DNA of 64,000 bases from Plasmodiophora brassicae (lineage: Eukaryota): NCBI GenBank assembly GCA_036867785.1, contig CP145419.1, positions 558,001-622,000 on the forward strand. Reading direction: 5' to 3'. This document shows positions 23,801 to 37,387 of this stretch, in pieces. Numbering within the stretch: the first letter of the stretch is position 1; each line of letters opens with the position of its first letter. The notes under the pieces were generated by a model. The model did not search any database and was not told the DNA's origin. It saw nothing but the letters and a program-made list of their open reading frames with translations. Both the position numbers and the translations under genes were made by a program.

Positions 23801-25022
23801 ATCTGGGCGATGATCAGTTACATGAGTGGCCAAAACCCAGACCACACGTACGCTTTTCGTAGTTCCTCAGTTGAAAAGAGCGACCTTCTACAGGATGCAA
23901 GCTGCACAAGAATCTCCATACACTACGGTAGAGTAAGTGGCTTGACATCATGCGACACAGTGAAGCACTAGACCTTGCTGGCAAGCGGCGGCTTGTTCTT
24001 GATTAGAATATCGAAGAATAGCCGAAGAATGGACGAGTCCTCTACAGTGCTCCTCCAGGAGGATGGAATTTGCAAAGAGCCAAATTCTTCGGTAGATTCA
24101 TCGGCGCAGGTCCCAATATAATCAAACGAGAGGCATTTCAACGACAGCGTCAGTGCCTGAAGCATGCATTTCTCGTGGGGCGCCGGTGGTGGGCTCGACG
24201 ATGGAGAAGAGGCGATCAGCTGTTTCAAAGTGTTCAACGAAATCTGAAAGACGTGAAGTAGCGCCTTGTCTCGAAACGATACGGCAGTCTTGCGCTGCTG
24301 AGAAATCGTCTCGCCTGCCACATTGTCTTAGTGACATGATCCATTTGCTAGGAACGCACGGCAACCCTACTTTGAATGGCATGGTTCATCTCGTCAACCA
24401 GCTCGGTAAGCAGCTGTAGCCCAAGAATGCAATGGGAAAGCGAATACTCCAGGAACTTGGCGATGTCCGTAACGATATCTTGGTGAGATGCATGAAGCCA
24501 TCCAAGTTTCGCCATCCGGCAAACGACCTGTGCGAGATGTGTCACTCGAGTACGAAGGACATTCCAAGTAGCCACACACCTGAATTAGAGCAGCAAAGAC
24601 GAACGGAGGCAGATCCTTCTGACAGTTCGTTGCCAACCAGTTCAGCAGATAGTTTCGCATATCAACAGTTTGATCAACAGTAAACGCGTTCCAGAACTGC
24701 GTTATCAGTCTCAGAAGGCTCGAGCCGGCGAGGAGCAGAGCAAACGGTTTCGTCGAGTGGTCCAGGATAAACTGGCACTGGCTAATACATTCGCTATTGG
24801 TCGAAAACGGTGCGAGTGCCGCTTGTGCCTGCCGCCGTTCACCTGCAGGACCACCAGGACTTAAGCAAGACGCACGAACCCAACCCCGGATCACACCAGA
24901 CCGGCATCGCTGGAACTATACAACCGTTCAGCCAGCCCTTCCAGTTGCGCTAGCCTGTCGGCATCCGCCTTATGGTCCGCCAGCCCGGCGCCCGGCGGAC
25001 GCTCGGCGCTGGACTCCATCAT
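20854..25022 (-). CDS. XPO7: Exportin-7 / RanBP16-like karyopherin, many exons
   Basis: RLAQLEGLAERLY, QQRKTAVSFRD..L, CLSFDYIGTCADES.EE...QIPSSWR, LRFTAEFVLNRTQRITF and WSLSRP.L.L, RDKFTQNL. Confidence 0.93.
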
Positions 25023-25184
25023 GACAGCAGCGCCACCTGGCAATCGCGAACTGCAATGGAAAATGTCCGTCGCAATTCCAAACCCGCATGAAGACTGCAG
25101 CAGTTACGTCTACGTCCCACACCCTGTTTGCGCATGTGGCTGAGTCAGGACTACCTACTACACTGGTATTGCCGAGCTGTATTG

Positions 25185-26444
25185 TTACAATTTGCTCCCC
25201 GTGTTTGATGTGCGCGTGCTGCGCCGGCGCTTGGGTTCGGGTGTCAACCCAGATGGTGGCGGAGGATGGGAAGCAGGTGGGACGGCCGGGAGGGGCAAGG
25301 TCGCGGCGTTCATGTGCTTCTGCAGTCGTTTCAGGTCGCGCTCTTCGTCAATCGCTGCTTTACGATCCTTTGCACTGTCGGTACCACATAACGTAAGAAG
25401 GAAACCAAATATCGGCGTGGTACGGGGGGCGTACACGTCGCTTGTGGGGTCACGTAGCAAGTTCCGGCACTGATCTCGCTTGTGCTTCAGTTCCGCATGA
25501 AGCTCGCGACTGCCAGGGCCGACACTGGAAACTTCGTTTGCTAGGTCGTCAATTGCATTCAGAGCTGTTGTCAGCTTCTCGAACTCGGGGTTGCCATCGT
25601 CAAGCTGAACTAGGAACCTATCACACTATCAGCACATATCCGAAACGGATTGGCAGCGACAGACGCGTTGACCTGTCGACGACGTCGCCCAGGTCAAGGT
25701 TACTGGCGGCTCCCCTGACACAAGAGAGGGCGATTTGCGATGGCGGAAACAGAAATATTGCATCCGAAAACATGAGCTGTTCGACGAGCCCGGTCGCACC
25801 GTTCAACAGCGGCTTCGCCTTGTCCTTGTCCAGGTGCTTCAGCTCATTGACGAAGCCCTGAACCGCTCGATACGGCGTGTGAACTTTCAAATGGAAGTTG
25901 ATCCCTTCGATCAGGACATGCTCGTTCTCGACCAGTTGGGATGCTGTCGTCCCCGTCGCGTTAGCCAGGTCGCCAATACGGATGTGTGCCTCCTCTGATT
26001 TCGTGGCCAGAAGTAAAGCTGTCGCCGCAATCACACGAGGCTCTTCGTCCATGACAGTGCGCCCGAGGTAGAACCTCTTGAAGTATACAATTGCAGTGCC
26101 CTGAAACGGAACGACGCCTGTTAAAGACCAAGCCACATCTGCGATAAGGTGCCCGTTACCACAACGGTTGGCGGCAGGCGAAACGTTGCCGCGAATTCTT
26201 GAATACGACGTTCATAATAACGCAGCATTGTCGCCTGCTCGGCGTCAGTCAACTCGTCGGCGTTCGCGTCAGTCATCACCGACGACCGCTCGCTTCGGTA
26301 CTGTTCCAGAGCGGCACGCCGCTTCCTGCACCACACCACATCAATCGGTCGCCTTCGCATCTGCAACCTACTGGCCTACGCGGCTAGTTCGTCGGTCGTG
26401 AATATCCATTGGTTCCGCTGCGTTGACGTCTCGAACAGCGCCAT
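25185..26444 (-). CDS. CCNH: Cyclin H (CAK/TFIIH subunit), multi-exon
   Basis: MALFETSTQRNQWIF, GTAIVYFKRFYL, LLLATKSEE, INFHLKVHTPYRAVQGF and DAIFLFPPSQIAL. Confidence 0.9.
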
Positions 26445-26552
26445 GCCGCACGAATTCGAAGTCCGGGCCCGGCTTTAGCGACATCATTATCAGAGGCATG
26501 GTCGGCAGCAACAGAGGGGTTTAGTAACTGTGGAACGCGATCGAAGCATTTG

Positions 26553-27195
26553 TTAACGTGCAGTTGTAGGCTTCGTGTGACCCTGGGAGGCTTTCGTCGG
26601 CCGCGTCACCAGCTGGTGCTTCTTCTTCGCCCAACGTTGCGCCATGTTGGCCCGCTGGCGAGCCTCCCATTCGTGCTGGTATTGGCCCGTAAGGACGGCG
26701 CCAATGGGCGTCCCGGGACGGCCTTTGGACGATACACCGGCCGCTGCGTTGCTGCTGCTCTTGCGCTCGGTTGCAGTCGGCCGCGCTGTCTGCACTGGGC
26801 TTTTCGCGCCCTTCGTCGCGGTCTTCGCATTGTCCTGTTTGCGGTACTCGGCGACGGTTCTCGATGAGAGCGCGCCGCTCTTGATCGCATCTCGATTCAG
26901 GGTCACGAAATCTCGGCCGGCTTCCGCATGCGACTTCGCCCAGGTCAGATAGCGTTATGCCATCGACCGGCGACGTTACCTTCGGAACATGCGTCTGCCA
27001 GTTGGTAAGCGCCTGCTTGGCGCCGTCGTTGACGATGACCTCCACCTTCCCGAACACATGCGACGGTGGCAGTTTACGCTCGATCTTCCTCGCGGAGCGT
27101 CCCACGCGACTATGCACCAGCAGCGGGTTCGTCCTGAACGACCGCCCGGGCGGCAGGAACTCGTTCGGGTCCGTCTCGTTATCCAGGTTGAACAT
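26553..27195 (-). CDS. CFAP77: CFAP77-like cilia/flagella-associated protein, 2 exons
   Basis: NPLLVHSRVGRS, LPPSHVFG, DGAKQALTNW, GRDFVTLNRDAIKSG, RPGTPIGAVLTGQY and TKASQGH. Confidence 0.8.
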
Positions 27196-27318
27196 GGCGT
27201 CGCTAGACACACCACCGAACGGATTTGGTGGTACGCATGACGATCCCGTCCAGATACAATAGCATCGATCATGGGGCGGGTGCGGCGTTTGCCGTTTCGG
27301 GGCAGCGCGGGATCAAAA

Positions 27319-27866
27319 ATGTTCGTCGTCAGCCGGGTAGTTCGAGGGCGCCGTGCGGTGTGGCGTGCGACCCGCGCCTGTAGCAGTCACAGCGGGGGGC
27401 TACCGCCCGTGTGGACGCCACAAAACATTGACGAAGGCACGTTTCATGGCATTGCGGATGATACGCTGCATGCGATCGACGAGGCGCTCACCGACAGTGA
27501 TGTGCCGCCGAGCGCCATGGATGTGCAACTTACGGTACATGGGCGTCATAGGGGCATTGCTGCTGGGACAATTGATCGACCAATGGCAGGACGGCGTACT
27601 CACCATAGGGTTGACAGACAGCGGGACCTGGGTGCTCAACAAGCAGACTCCAAACAGGCAGCTGTGGCTATCGTCGCCAATCAGGTAGACGGCAAGGGTC
27701 GTTGCTCGTGCAGCTACTGAATACGTACAGCGGTCCGAAACGGTTCGACTACCTGCCGAATTCGAAAGCATGGGCGGACACACGGGACCAACTCAACCTA
27801 GGGGAACTCCTACAACAAGAACTCAGCTCTGCCCTGCACACCGACATCCGTCTCGACTCACTGTAA
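27319..27866 (+). CDS. FXN: Frataxin (CyaY family), 3 exons, mitochondrial-type presequence
   Basis: [43 protein letters not shown]. Confidence 0.93.
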
Positions 27867-28068
27867 ATCGCTACACTGTTCTAGTACATACGCCGGCTAG
27901 TTGTCCACTCGCTCTCTGTCCCAATATCAGCAGCAATACGCTGCGCAACAGACGTTTGCCGTTGCCGATTGCCCCCCAGCTGAGCAGAACAGTCCGTGAC
28001 TGACGGATTTGAGGGGCGCCTCTCGATCAGCGTTGGCAGCGGGGCTGGTCGCCGGGTCCTGCGTGCCG

Positions 28069-31000
28069 ATGTACATCAAGCAGCTGATAATCGAGGGGTT
28101 CAAATCGTACGGTACGAGGACGGTGATCAACGGATGGGATCCGAGTTTTACGGCGATCACGGGCGAGAATGGGAGTGGCAAGGTCGCCCGCAGTGTTAGA
28201 TTCCACGTTTCGCCGACTTAAATCGTTGCTGTCGATAGTCCAACATCCTGGATGCGATTTGCTTTGTACTGGGAATATCGCAACTCGCGCACGTTCGTGC
28301 GAGCAGCCTTCGCGAACTGGTCTACAAACAGGGCCAGGCTGGTGTCACGAAGGCGTCTGTGACAGTCGTGTTCGATAATACGGACAAGGCTAACAGCCCC
28401 ATCGGATACGAGCAGTACCAAGAGCTGACTGTCACGCGTCAAGTTAGTCACGCTTATGTCGGTGCACGCCGCTTTGTGACATTCAAGTTGCGATAGGTGG
28501 TCGTCAACGGGAAAAACAAGTACCTGATCAACGGCCACATGGCCCAGCTGAACAGAGTGCAGAATCTGTTCCACTCCGTGCAACTCAACATCAGCAATCC
28601 GACCTTCCTCGTCATGCAGGGTCGCATCACGAAGGTGCTGAACATGAAGCCTCCCGAAATCCTGGGCCTGTTGGAAGAAGCGGCCGGTACGCGCATGTAC
28701 GAAACGAAGAAGACGGCCGCGCTGAATACAATCGAAAAGAAGGAGCTGAAAGTCGCCGAGATCAACAAGACGCTTTCCGAGGAGATCACACCGCAGCTGG
28801 AGAAGCTCCGTCGAGAATGTGCTCTCTTTCACAAATGGTCGTTCACCGCGAGATACGTAACCGTGTTTGCTGATATCCCCCTCCATCAGGTCTGCCAACG
28901 CGACCGATATCCAACGTCTTGATCGTCGCGCAACTGCCTACCGCTTCGTTCAAGCCGAACAAAGTTTAAACGCGCCGATTGCTGTTGAGTATAAGGTCTG
29001 CGAACCCCAGGGTGCTACAGCCGCAATTGCTTACAGCTTGCAGAATTCCGTTGACGACCTTCACACGAAGGAGGCCGATCTTCGAGCCGAAATCGACTCT
29101 GTATCCAACGAGCTGGCGGTGGCTGAAAACTGTGCCTCTAATGAGGCCAAAAGCGCCATCGACGATCTGCAAGAGGCTGTCGCGTCCGATGCCAAGCTCT
29201 GTGTGCAGTACAAAACCAACGTTGAGGGTCTGGAGAAGACTCTTGCCGAGGAGCAATCGTTACTCGATTCAGTTCGGAACGAGTATGACAACGCCCTAAA
29301 AACCATCGAAGGAGCGAAGGCTTCCGCAGAATCGCTCTTCCAAGAAAGAAGTTCGCTGGACGCCCAGCGTCGTCAGTACGAAGACGCGATTGCGTCAATG
29401 GAAGGTACGCGCACTGGGTCGTTTCTATTACAATGCAGTGTTTAATAGCAGATGGTAGGGCAGGCAATCGGTATCAATATCGGTGATGGCCAGGGCAGTT
29501 CCGCTGCGCAGCTGATGGAGGCCGGTCGCCTGCAGGCAGAAGCGTCTGCAGCTAGAGATCAGGCTCTATTGAAGGTGCATCACCTGCAGAAAACCGTCAA
29601 AGGTCTGTCATACGTTTTCCTCGTGTGATAGAGTGTGACATGTTGCGTTTAGAAAAGCAGAATTCGCTTGCGAAGGCTTCACCCACATTTCATCAACTTC
29701 TACAGGAACGAACAGCTTTGGAGAAGAGGATTGATGCAGATCTGGAAAAGCTGAGGCAATATGACGCCCCTAAGTATGCCGTATACGTTGCCATGGGTGG
29801 TCGGCGTTGATAGTTCCATATAGAATCTCCGAATCGCTTCGGGATGTAGATGGACGGATCACTACATGCCAAGGTGAAGTCGAACTATGGAATGAACGAG
29901 TTGCCCAATTGCGTGCTCAGGTAAATCTGGGGTTCGTGCCCAGCCAAGCTCCCGGTACACACTGACAAGTTTTCCTTTAGGCTGCGAGATTTGATTTCCA
30001 GTTTACATCTCCTTCTGCGAGCTTCGATCGTTCATCTGTAAAGGGACGTGTCGCAAAGCTGATTGCTGTCCGGCAAGATGAGTTCGCTATTGCCCTTGAG
30101 GTTCAAACCATAATTATTCCCTGATAAGGCCTCGTTAATAACGGACTCGCGCCCATTTGGTAGGTTATCGCTGGTGGTCGCCTTTATAACGTCGTGGTCG
30201 ACAATCAGAATACTGGCAAACAGCTCCTGAAGAAAGGGAACTTGACTCAACGGGTCACAGTTATCCCTTTGGCCCAGATCAGACCGACCCAGAAGATTAC
30301 GTCTGAGCTGTTAAAGCGAGCACAGAGAGCTGTTGGGGCAGATAATGTATGGGTTGCAACTTCACTTGTAGATTATCCTCGTGATGTGAGTTACCTGTTC
30401 GTATAACAGTCGAACTGGAATTAACTGGTCTTCAGGTCGAGCCGGCAGTTGAGTTTGTGTTCGGGTCGTCGTTCGTTTGCAGAACGTCTGGTGCTGCGAA
30501 AACAGTAACCTTTGATCCTGCTATCAGACGACGATCTGCGACGCTTGAAGGAGACGTACTAAATCCTGAAGTAAGCTCGGCTGGGAAACCTCTCCTGCGC
30601 TGTCGCTGCTGACACTTTCCCTTTAGGGAACTCTGCGAGGAGGGTCACGCCCCAGTTCGCGGGCCGCCCTCGCTGTTCTGTCGGAATTAGCGAAGGCGAC
30701 TGAATCACGGGACGTCGCCCAGGCTTCCCTTGATGACCTTCGGCAGCAGTATTCGTCACTAAAATCCCAAGGCGATGCAGCGCGTGCATTGCAACTGGCC
30801 ATAGACGGCGCCCAGCAGGATCTGGAAATGTTGAATTCGCGCGTCGAGAAATCGGTAACGTTCGTTGAGGGTTGTCTTTTGTTGAGAATTGCTAACGGCA
30901 CTTACAGGAATGCCATGCACTTCAAGTTGAAGTAGATAATCTTAACGACCACATCAAGATGTTGCAAGAAGAGGCTGCGTTAGCGGAAACGAATGCGGCT

Positions 31001-32550
31001 GCTTATGCGGAAAAGTCCCGCTTGCTCGAAGAATCGGTTAACGCCGCCCGCGACCAGCGTGGCCGCAAGAGCGAGGAGATTGAGAAAAGTATGCGCGCTG
31101 CTAATGACGCTTTGGCCAGTGTGAACGAGAAGCTACGCGACCTGCAGCAGAAGGTAGAACGAATGGGTCTTGCAAGCGCAGGTGAACTCACCCGTTATGC
31201 TCCAATTAGTGCCATCGGGCGGAGCTTGAGATCACTCAGCAGTCCGAGCAGGCCAATGGTTTAATGTCGTCCATTAAGTCAGCAGAAATCAACATGGCCA
31301 AGCTGCGCGACAAGCTGAATTCTGCTGGCCAGCTATACACTGAAGCGCAAACGACGTATGAATCGCGATCTTCTGAACTGGAAGCACAACGTGGCATACT
31401 TCGGGACCGGAACAAAGAGGCTCAGGAACTCGCTAAGAAGCTGGAGAAGCTTCAAAAGAGTCTTAGTGACGTTGAGCTCGAGATCAAGAAGCTCAGTCAC
31501 CAACTGTCGCGCCATCAGAAAGACCAAGACACTGCGAGGCAACGCATCGACGAGTTGCTGAAGGCCCACGCATGGATTAGAGCAGAGAAACACCTCTTCG
31601 GAAAGGCCAACACGCCATATGACTTTGCTTCTCAAAATCCCGAACGCGATGCGGCTCTTCTTGCCGAGAAGAAAGCTGAGCAGGCGCAGATCGAGCGAAA
31701 GCTCAACAAAAAGGTCTTGTCATGATAGTTTTCTGACTCCCTCGACTCAGTTTGCATCCAGGTGGTGGGCATGATGGAGAAAGCCGAACACGAATACCAA
31801 GAGCTGTTGAAGAGAAGGTCGATCGTGTTAGCCGACAAAGCAAAGATTGAGCAGGTCATTGTTGATCTCGACCGGAATAAGAACCAAGTCCTTCAAACCA
31901 TTTGGGACAAGGTACGGATGACAATAGGCGAAGCGCCATGGCCCTAACGACGATTGCTTCTGCATAGGTTAATCGCGATTTCGGTTCCATCTTCTCGATG
32001 TTGCTGCCGGGAGCGTTTGCCAAACTTGAGCCGCCAACCGGAGGCACGGTCCTCGACGGGCTCGAGGTCGGTAATGGTGTGTCCCAGCTAGACGAGCCTG
32101 TCGTATAACCGTCTTCGTCCAGGTTAAAGTTGCGTTTGGAGGCATTTGGAAGGAGAGTTTATCGGAGCTTAGCGGAGGCCAAAGGTCCCTTCTTGCGTTG
32201 TCGCTCATCCTCGCCCTTCTTCTGTACAAACCTGCACCAATGTACATTCTTGATGAAGGTGAACGAATGACTTTGAGTGCGAACGTCCGTCTCTAACGTG
32301 TTGGCGCTCGTAGTTGATGCTGCGTTGGACCTGTCCCATACTCAAAACATTGGGCACATGCTGCGGACCCACTTCTCCAAGTCTCAGTTCATCGTTGTTT
32401 CGCTCAAGGACGGAATGTTCAGTAAGCCACGCTGCGTAGGAGGCTCCATGTAAACGCGCATGCTGAGACGATTTCGCAGACAACGCCAATGTCATTTTCA
32501 GGACGAAATTTGTCGATGGGGTTTCAACGGTCACAATGGCGAAAAGCTAA
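28069..32550 (+). CDS. SMC2: Condensin subunit SMC2, many exons
   Basis: [14 protein letters not shown], Walker [20 protein letters not shown], hinge RVTVIPL, signature [25 protein letters not shown] and [12 protein letters not shown]. Confidence 0.96.
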
Positions 32551-32725
32551 GCCCGGTGGAGAACGGCAAACGTATGTGCACCGTATTCCGGTGGTCAACG
32601 CTCTATTGACGGACTTGGGGTCGTCCGGGAACGATCTGAATATCTAAACGCGATGCTTTTGCTGAACAACTAAATCGCATCCAGTCATCCGGGGATGTAT
32701 TTTGTCACTATAGGAGGAACATTGA

Positions 32726-34179
32726 TCAGTGGTTTTCAGCACGCTTAGCTTCGAGTGCCGCTTCGGTTTCCGCCTTCAGGCCATCGGCCGCCTGCTTGAC
32801 CTTTCCGAGGAGGCCGCCAACGAAGCCCATGGCGGTCTGCGCTGTGCTCGTCTGCTTGACCTGGTTCACAGCCTCCTGGCTTTTCTTCGATGCGACTGCG
32901 GCAGTCTCGGTAATGTGCAACTTGGTGTCTACCTGGGAGGCGGCGCCTTTGACGCTTCTTGAGATGCCCAGCTTCTCGTCCGTCTCGGTGACTGCCTTCG
33001 TTGTGGCATTGATGGCCGACTTTGCTGTCGTCGAAATGCCCATGCGCTCATCCAAGGCCTTCGCTTGGCTAGTCACCTAAAGTCGGGTCAGCGCTCAGAT
33101 TTCTCAGCAGGGCATACAGGGACCACCAAAGTTCCAAACAGGACAGTTGACGCTAGGGCCTTGGCAACTAGCCCGGGATTCTTATTGCTGGGAGACGATG
33201 TCGCAGGAACCGCCCATGACGGAAACACGGATCCTGACTCATAACGAGACAGTACGACGCGATCCACATCAATACCGTCCAGTTTCTTCTGCAGAACGTT
33301 TTCCACCGAACCAGGCGTCTCAAACCTACAGACCACCGTCACTGAGGTCATAGCCCATTTGCAACAAAAGAGCCATACACAGCAAGGGCGGCGATAGTGT
33401 TTCCGCACTGGGCAAACTGGAACGACGATGCAGGTTCACCAGCGCTTTGTTTTAGAGCACTCTGCAAAGAACTCTTGGTGATGCTAGACACGTCTGCATC
33501 AAACCATGAACACACAGTTCATATTTGCCAACGGTGGGGCGTACTGTTGTCGCTTGTAATAGTCACGACAACTGTGTGGTCAGGCGGGAATAGTGGACCC
33601 CCGGTCGTGCGCGGCAGGCTTCGAAAAGCGGTGCTCTCCAAGTGCACCAGCGGCGAGTCGAGAAGGTACAGGAAGAACGATTTCCATTCCATCTACACAC
33701 GACCCATCGTTATGACACGGGTTTCAGCACGGACGAATTTCGGTACCTTGGAGATACGCCCCTGCTCGTTCGCGTCGAGCTGGAGCTCTCGTAGAGCAGC
33801 CTCAACGCACTCGTCGGGGACCACTAGACCCAAACGTCAGTACGATCCTGCAATGGCACGGTTGCTACACGAGACGAACCTGGCTCGCAGTCGAACGCGA
33901 CGCGCAACTCAACGAGGAACCTGGCATTGACACACGTCAGAGCATCCGGTGGACCGCCCTATCGACAGCGGGACACTCTACCTGCGAAGGTCCTCCTGAT
34001 CCCACGTGTCGCTGTTGTTCGACGCCGCCCTGCCGGCGTCGAACATGGCGACGGCGTCGTCCTCGCTGACGGGGCTATCGCGTATCGACCTAATCAACCT
34101 GTACGCCCCCCACCAGTCAGCACCGGCACTCGTTTGACGCACGCCCCAGGACGACGTACTCCACACGCGACGACGCCAT
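32726..34179 (-). CDS. EF-hand + RRM-like + BPA1/Vip1-like helical-tail protein, multi-exon (model approximate)
   Basis: Spliced EF loop DANEQGRISK|MEW; RRM-like TVVVT..A.AVFETPGSVENVL; C-terminal AKALDERMGIS / TDEKLGIS / VDTKLHIT repeats. Confidence 0.55.
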
Positions 34180-34392
34180 GACTTGCCAATGGGGAACGTC
34201 GGACGCTGCGGACACCGTGATGCGCGTAGCACGTGACGCGCGCCCGGTGCCCACATCGACGTCGCCTAAATCCGTCACGCCAGCAAGGTACGACCTCCGT
34301 CGACGTCTGGTGACAACCGAATGCAACGCAGCAGTGTTTATACGTTTGGAAAACTCGCAACAAGATCTGTCGAACGACGGGCAACCGGGTGT

Positions 34393-36909
34393 CTAAATGA
34401 AGTACATCTGCCCGGCGGTGCGGTTCATGACGACGGGCAGGCCGCTGCCCGCCGACACGGTCGACGTGTCGGACGACGATCCCGATTGGTACTCGTACTC
34501 GTCGGCCTTGCTGTGGTAGCGGGCGCGGAAGGCGCACAGGTGCGCGTAGTACGCGGCCGGCACGAGCGACACCGAGCGCGTGCAACGCGCGTACAGGTGG
34601 CACTGGCGGTAGGTCAGATCCTGGAGCAGGTCGGGAGTGAACCCGTTCTCGTCAAAGATGACGTGGTAGTGGGTCGGGCGCGACGTGCCCTGGATGCCGG
34701 CGTGCGCCACGAGGTAGAAGTCGAACTGGCGCGGGTGCGTGATGCTCGTGTCGACGACGGTGCCGGCGGGCACGTTGCCGGACCGGTCCGCCTCGCGCGA
34801 CGCCTGCGGCGGAAGGAAGAAACGAACATGGTGGCGTTTCTGGACAATGACGAACGTGATCTTGGGCGTGTACCCGGACTCGAGCTCGTTGCACGCCTCA
34901 CGAAGCGCATTCAGCTCGTACTTCAGGACGTGGTCGAACTGGCCCTCGGACACACCATCGCGGTAGAACAGGATGCGTTCCGGTTTCTTGCCGCGCGTCG
35001 CCTGGTAGAACCGCTTCAGCAGGTTCATCGCCATGCCCTTCAGGTCCTGGATGATCTCCTGGCGGTTCTTCTGCGCGCGCGTCTCACACTCGTAGCGGAA
35101 CGGGTACGCGTCCATGCTGGCGACGACGGCGGCCAGCGACGGCAGCTTCGAGAACGGGGCCGAATGGGTGACGTCGGCGCCGAACACGATGGCCGGCTTG
35201 CTGAACAGGAAGTCCTGCGACGGGTTCGACTGCAGGATGCAGTTGACACCGCCGATACGGGCGTTGATCTTCAGCAGCAGGTTGCGGGCGTACATCGGGT
35301 CCGCCTTCTGCAGGTGCCTCGACTGCATGCACTGCGACGGCACGTCCAGGACGGTGTCGCAGACGCGCTTGATCTCGCCGTACGCGGACGGGTCGCCGAA
35401 CGGCAGGATGATCAGCAGCAGCTGGCACTGCGCCTTCATCTTCTCCTGGACGTTGTTGACCGCCTTCATCAGGACGTCCTGGTAGTTGGGCGGGCGGCGC
35501 CCCTGCTGCTGGTGCGGGATCACGACGGGGCGCTGGAACGCCACGCCGTGCTCCTTGCCGGCCCCGTTCAGCACGTTCAGGAACCCCATGACCTCGTTCT
35601 CACGGGCGCGCTGCTCCAGGACCAGGACGCCCCAGGCCTTCACCTCGGGCGACGAGAACATGCGGGCGTCACGAGGCTGCCAGACACCGAGGTTCGGGCG
35701 GATCGTCTTCTGGCGCGACGCCTGGTTATACGTCACCGTCGGCGGCTCCAGGACGCGGCCGTCCAGCTGGACCATCTTCGGATCACACTTGATGCCAAAG
35801 TCGGCCAGGGCCGGGTCGGTCCCGTAGCTGCGCTCAGTGACCGCGTTCATGATGTTCTGGACGCGCACGTTCGGCTTGGCGGCCGTCTTCTTGATCATGG
35901 CGGCCGTCTGCGCCGGCGCCAGCTTCTTGGCGATGCGCTCGCCGCCGACCACGTTGCAGACCTCCATCGGCAGGTACGTCGGCTTCTCTTTGCTGCCGAC
36001 GACCAGCAGTGGCAGGTGCGGGTACTGCAACTTGCGCTGGTACCGCTGCTCAAAGTACTCGGCGACGTTCGTGCGACGCAGCTTGCCGTCCTCCTCGACG
36101 TCGAACTGCATCTCGAGGGCGCTCTCCTTGGCGATGTCGCGAATGCGGTACTTGCGCTTCGAGTCGCCGCGATGCGTCACGGAAACCTTCACGCCGGCCA
36201 GCTCGGCGCGAATCGCCGGGCGGTTCGCGTCGCCCACCTGGTCCAGCGGCTTCCTGGTCACCGACTCGACCAGCGTGGCCACCGGCTGGGCGCGATGGAA
36301 ACAGGTGGCGGCCACGTCCAGGTTGACGAGCAGGCGGCCGTGCGCGGGACGAAGCGACTGGTGGTACCCGAACCAGATCTCGGCGCCGGCGTCCAGCGGC
36401 GACGTGTTCCGGCCGGAGAAGAACGACGAGCCGATGGTCGTGCACGTCGAAATCGGCGTCGTGCGAAGGACGACGTCGAGCGCCTGGATGCAATCCTGTG
36501 GGATGTCCAGGTCGGCGCCCTTCAGGAACTCGTGCAGCGTCGCCATGTTGACGACGGCGACGTGCTCGAGCTTAACGGTGAACTTGTCGCGGCGGTCGGG
36601 AACCTCGACGGTCTCGACGCGCGACTGCCACGACATCCGCTTCGGGTAGTACAGGGCGGCCTCGCCGTCGTACGCGGCGGTCAGGCGCCCCTCGAACAGG
36701 TCAGGGACGCTGTCGCGCAGCGTCGCCATGACGACGCGGTTGACGGCCTTGGGCACGGCCGGCGTGATCTGCACGTTGTACATGTGCAGGTCCGCCGACG
36801 GCACGCAGGTCACGTCGAAGAAGTTGGTCAGCAGCGGGATGCGCTTGCCGCGCTGGCCGAAGCCCGGCCGCTTCGGCATGTACGCCGGGTTCGACGTCAC
36901 CACCTGCAT
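34393..36909 (-). CDS. AGO: Argonaute, 838 aa, intronless (copy 1)
   Basis: N, PAZ (YFEQRYQRKLQYPHLP, YLPMEVC), MID and PIWI domains; DEDH tetrad in GADVTH, RQEII, YRDGVSEGQF and YYAHL. Confidence 0.98.
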   Translation of the reverse strand: MQVVTSNPAYMPKRPGFGQRGKRIPLLTNFFDVTCVPSADLHMYNVQITPAVPKAVNRVVMATLRDSVPDLFEGRLTAAYDGEAALYYPKRMSWQSRVETVEVPDRRDKFTVKLEHVAVVNMATLHEFLKGADLDIPQDCIQALDVVLRTTPISTCTTIGSSFFSGRNTSPLDAGAEIWFGYHQSLRPAHGRLLVNLDVAATCFHRAQPVATLVESVTRKPLDQVGDANRPAIRAELAGVKVSVTHRGDSKRKYRIRDIAKESALEMQFDVEEDGKLRRTNVAEYFEQRYQRKLQYPHLPLLVVGSKEKPTYLPMEVCNVVGGERIAKKLAPAQTAAMIKKTAAKPNVRVQNIMNAVTERSYGTDPALADFGIKCDPKMVQLDGRVLEPPTVTYNQASRQKTIRPNLGVWQPRDARMFSSPEVKAWGVLVLEQRARENEVMGFLNVLNGAGKEHGVAFQRPVVIPHQQQGRRPPNYQDVLMKAVNNVQEKMKAQCQLLLIILPFGDPSAYGEIKRVCDTVLDVPSQCMQSRHLQKADPMYARNLLLKINARIGGVNCILQSNPSQDFLFSKPAIVFGADVTHSAPFSKLPSLAAVVASMDAYPFRYECETRAQKNRQEIIQDLKGMAMNLLKRFYQATRGKKPERILFYRDGVSEGQFDHVLKYELNALREACNELESGYTPKITFVIVQKRHHVRFFLPPQASREADRSGNVPAGTVVDTSITHPRQFDFYLVAHAGIQGTSRPTHYHVIFDENGFTPDLLQDLTYRQCHLYARCTRSVSLVPAAYYAHLCAFRARYHSKADEYEYQSGSSSDTSTVSAGSGLPVVMNRTAGQMYFI

Positions 36910-37387
36910 GCTGGCGCTGGTCGTGGCGTCACACGCGCGTACGGGCGCGAACGACGATCTAACACACAATGAGTCACGCGCGCTGGCAGACGACACTTGC
37001 CGTTAGGCCTAGGGCGCAGTCACACACAACGACCCCGAATCGCACAGTCCGTCGACGGCGTGCGTGCGGACTCCGGCAACCGTCAGAAAATGCGCCGCGC
37101 GGCCCCTCCGAGGTGCACTGGCCACTGCCAGAAATACAGGGCCTGAGACTAATCTCTCACGCTTGGGCAGACTACCTATAAGGGGCGGGTCGCCTCCCAA
37201 CGGCCGACCTGATATCCAAGTAGATTCTTCGCTGGCACCAATCAAGCGGCCAGCGGCCTGTGGGTCGTGGACCGCAACCATGGTGCTCCGACACGTACGT
37301 CAGTGCATTTTGGAATACAACAACGGTTGGGTCGGACGCGGACGAACTTGAACGCGAATGCCGCCGCAGGGCGAGTTGGACACGTGT

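Noticed and set aside
34321-36972. 883-aa plus-strand ORF antisense to Argonaute copy 1 (and similar antisense ORFs over copy 2)
   Set aside because: Shadow ORF: strong GC3 bias on the coding strand removes antisense stops; no domain-like content
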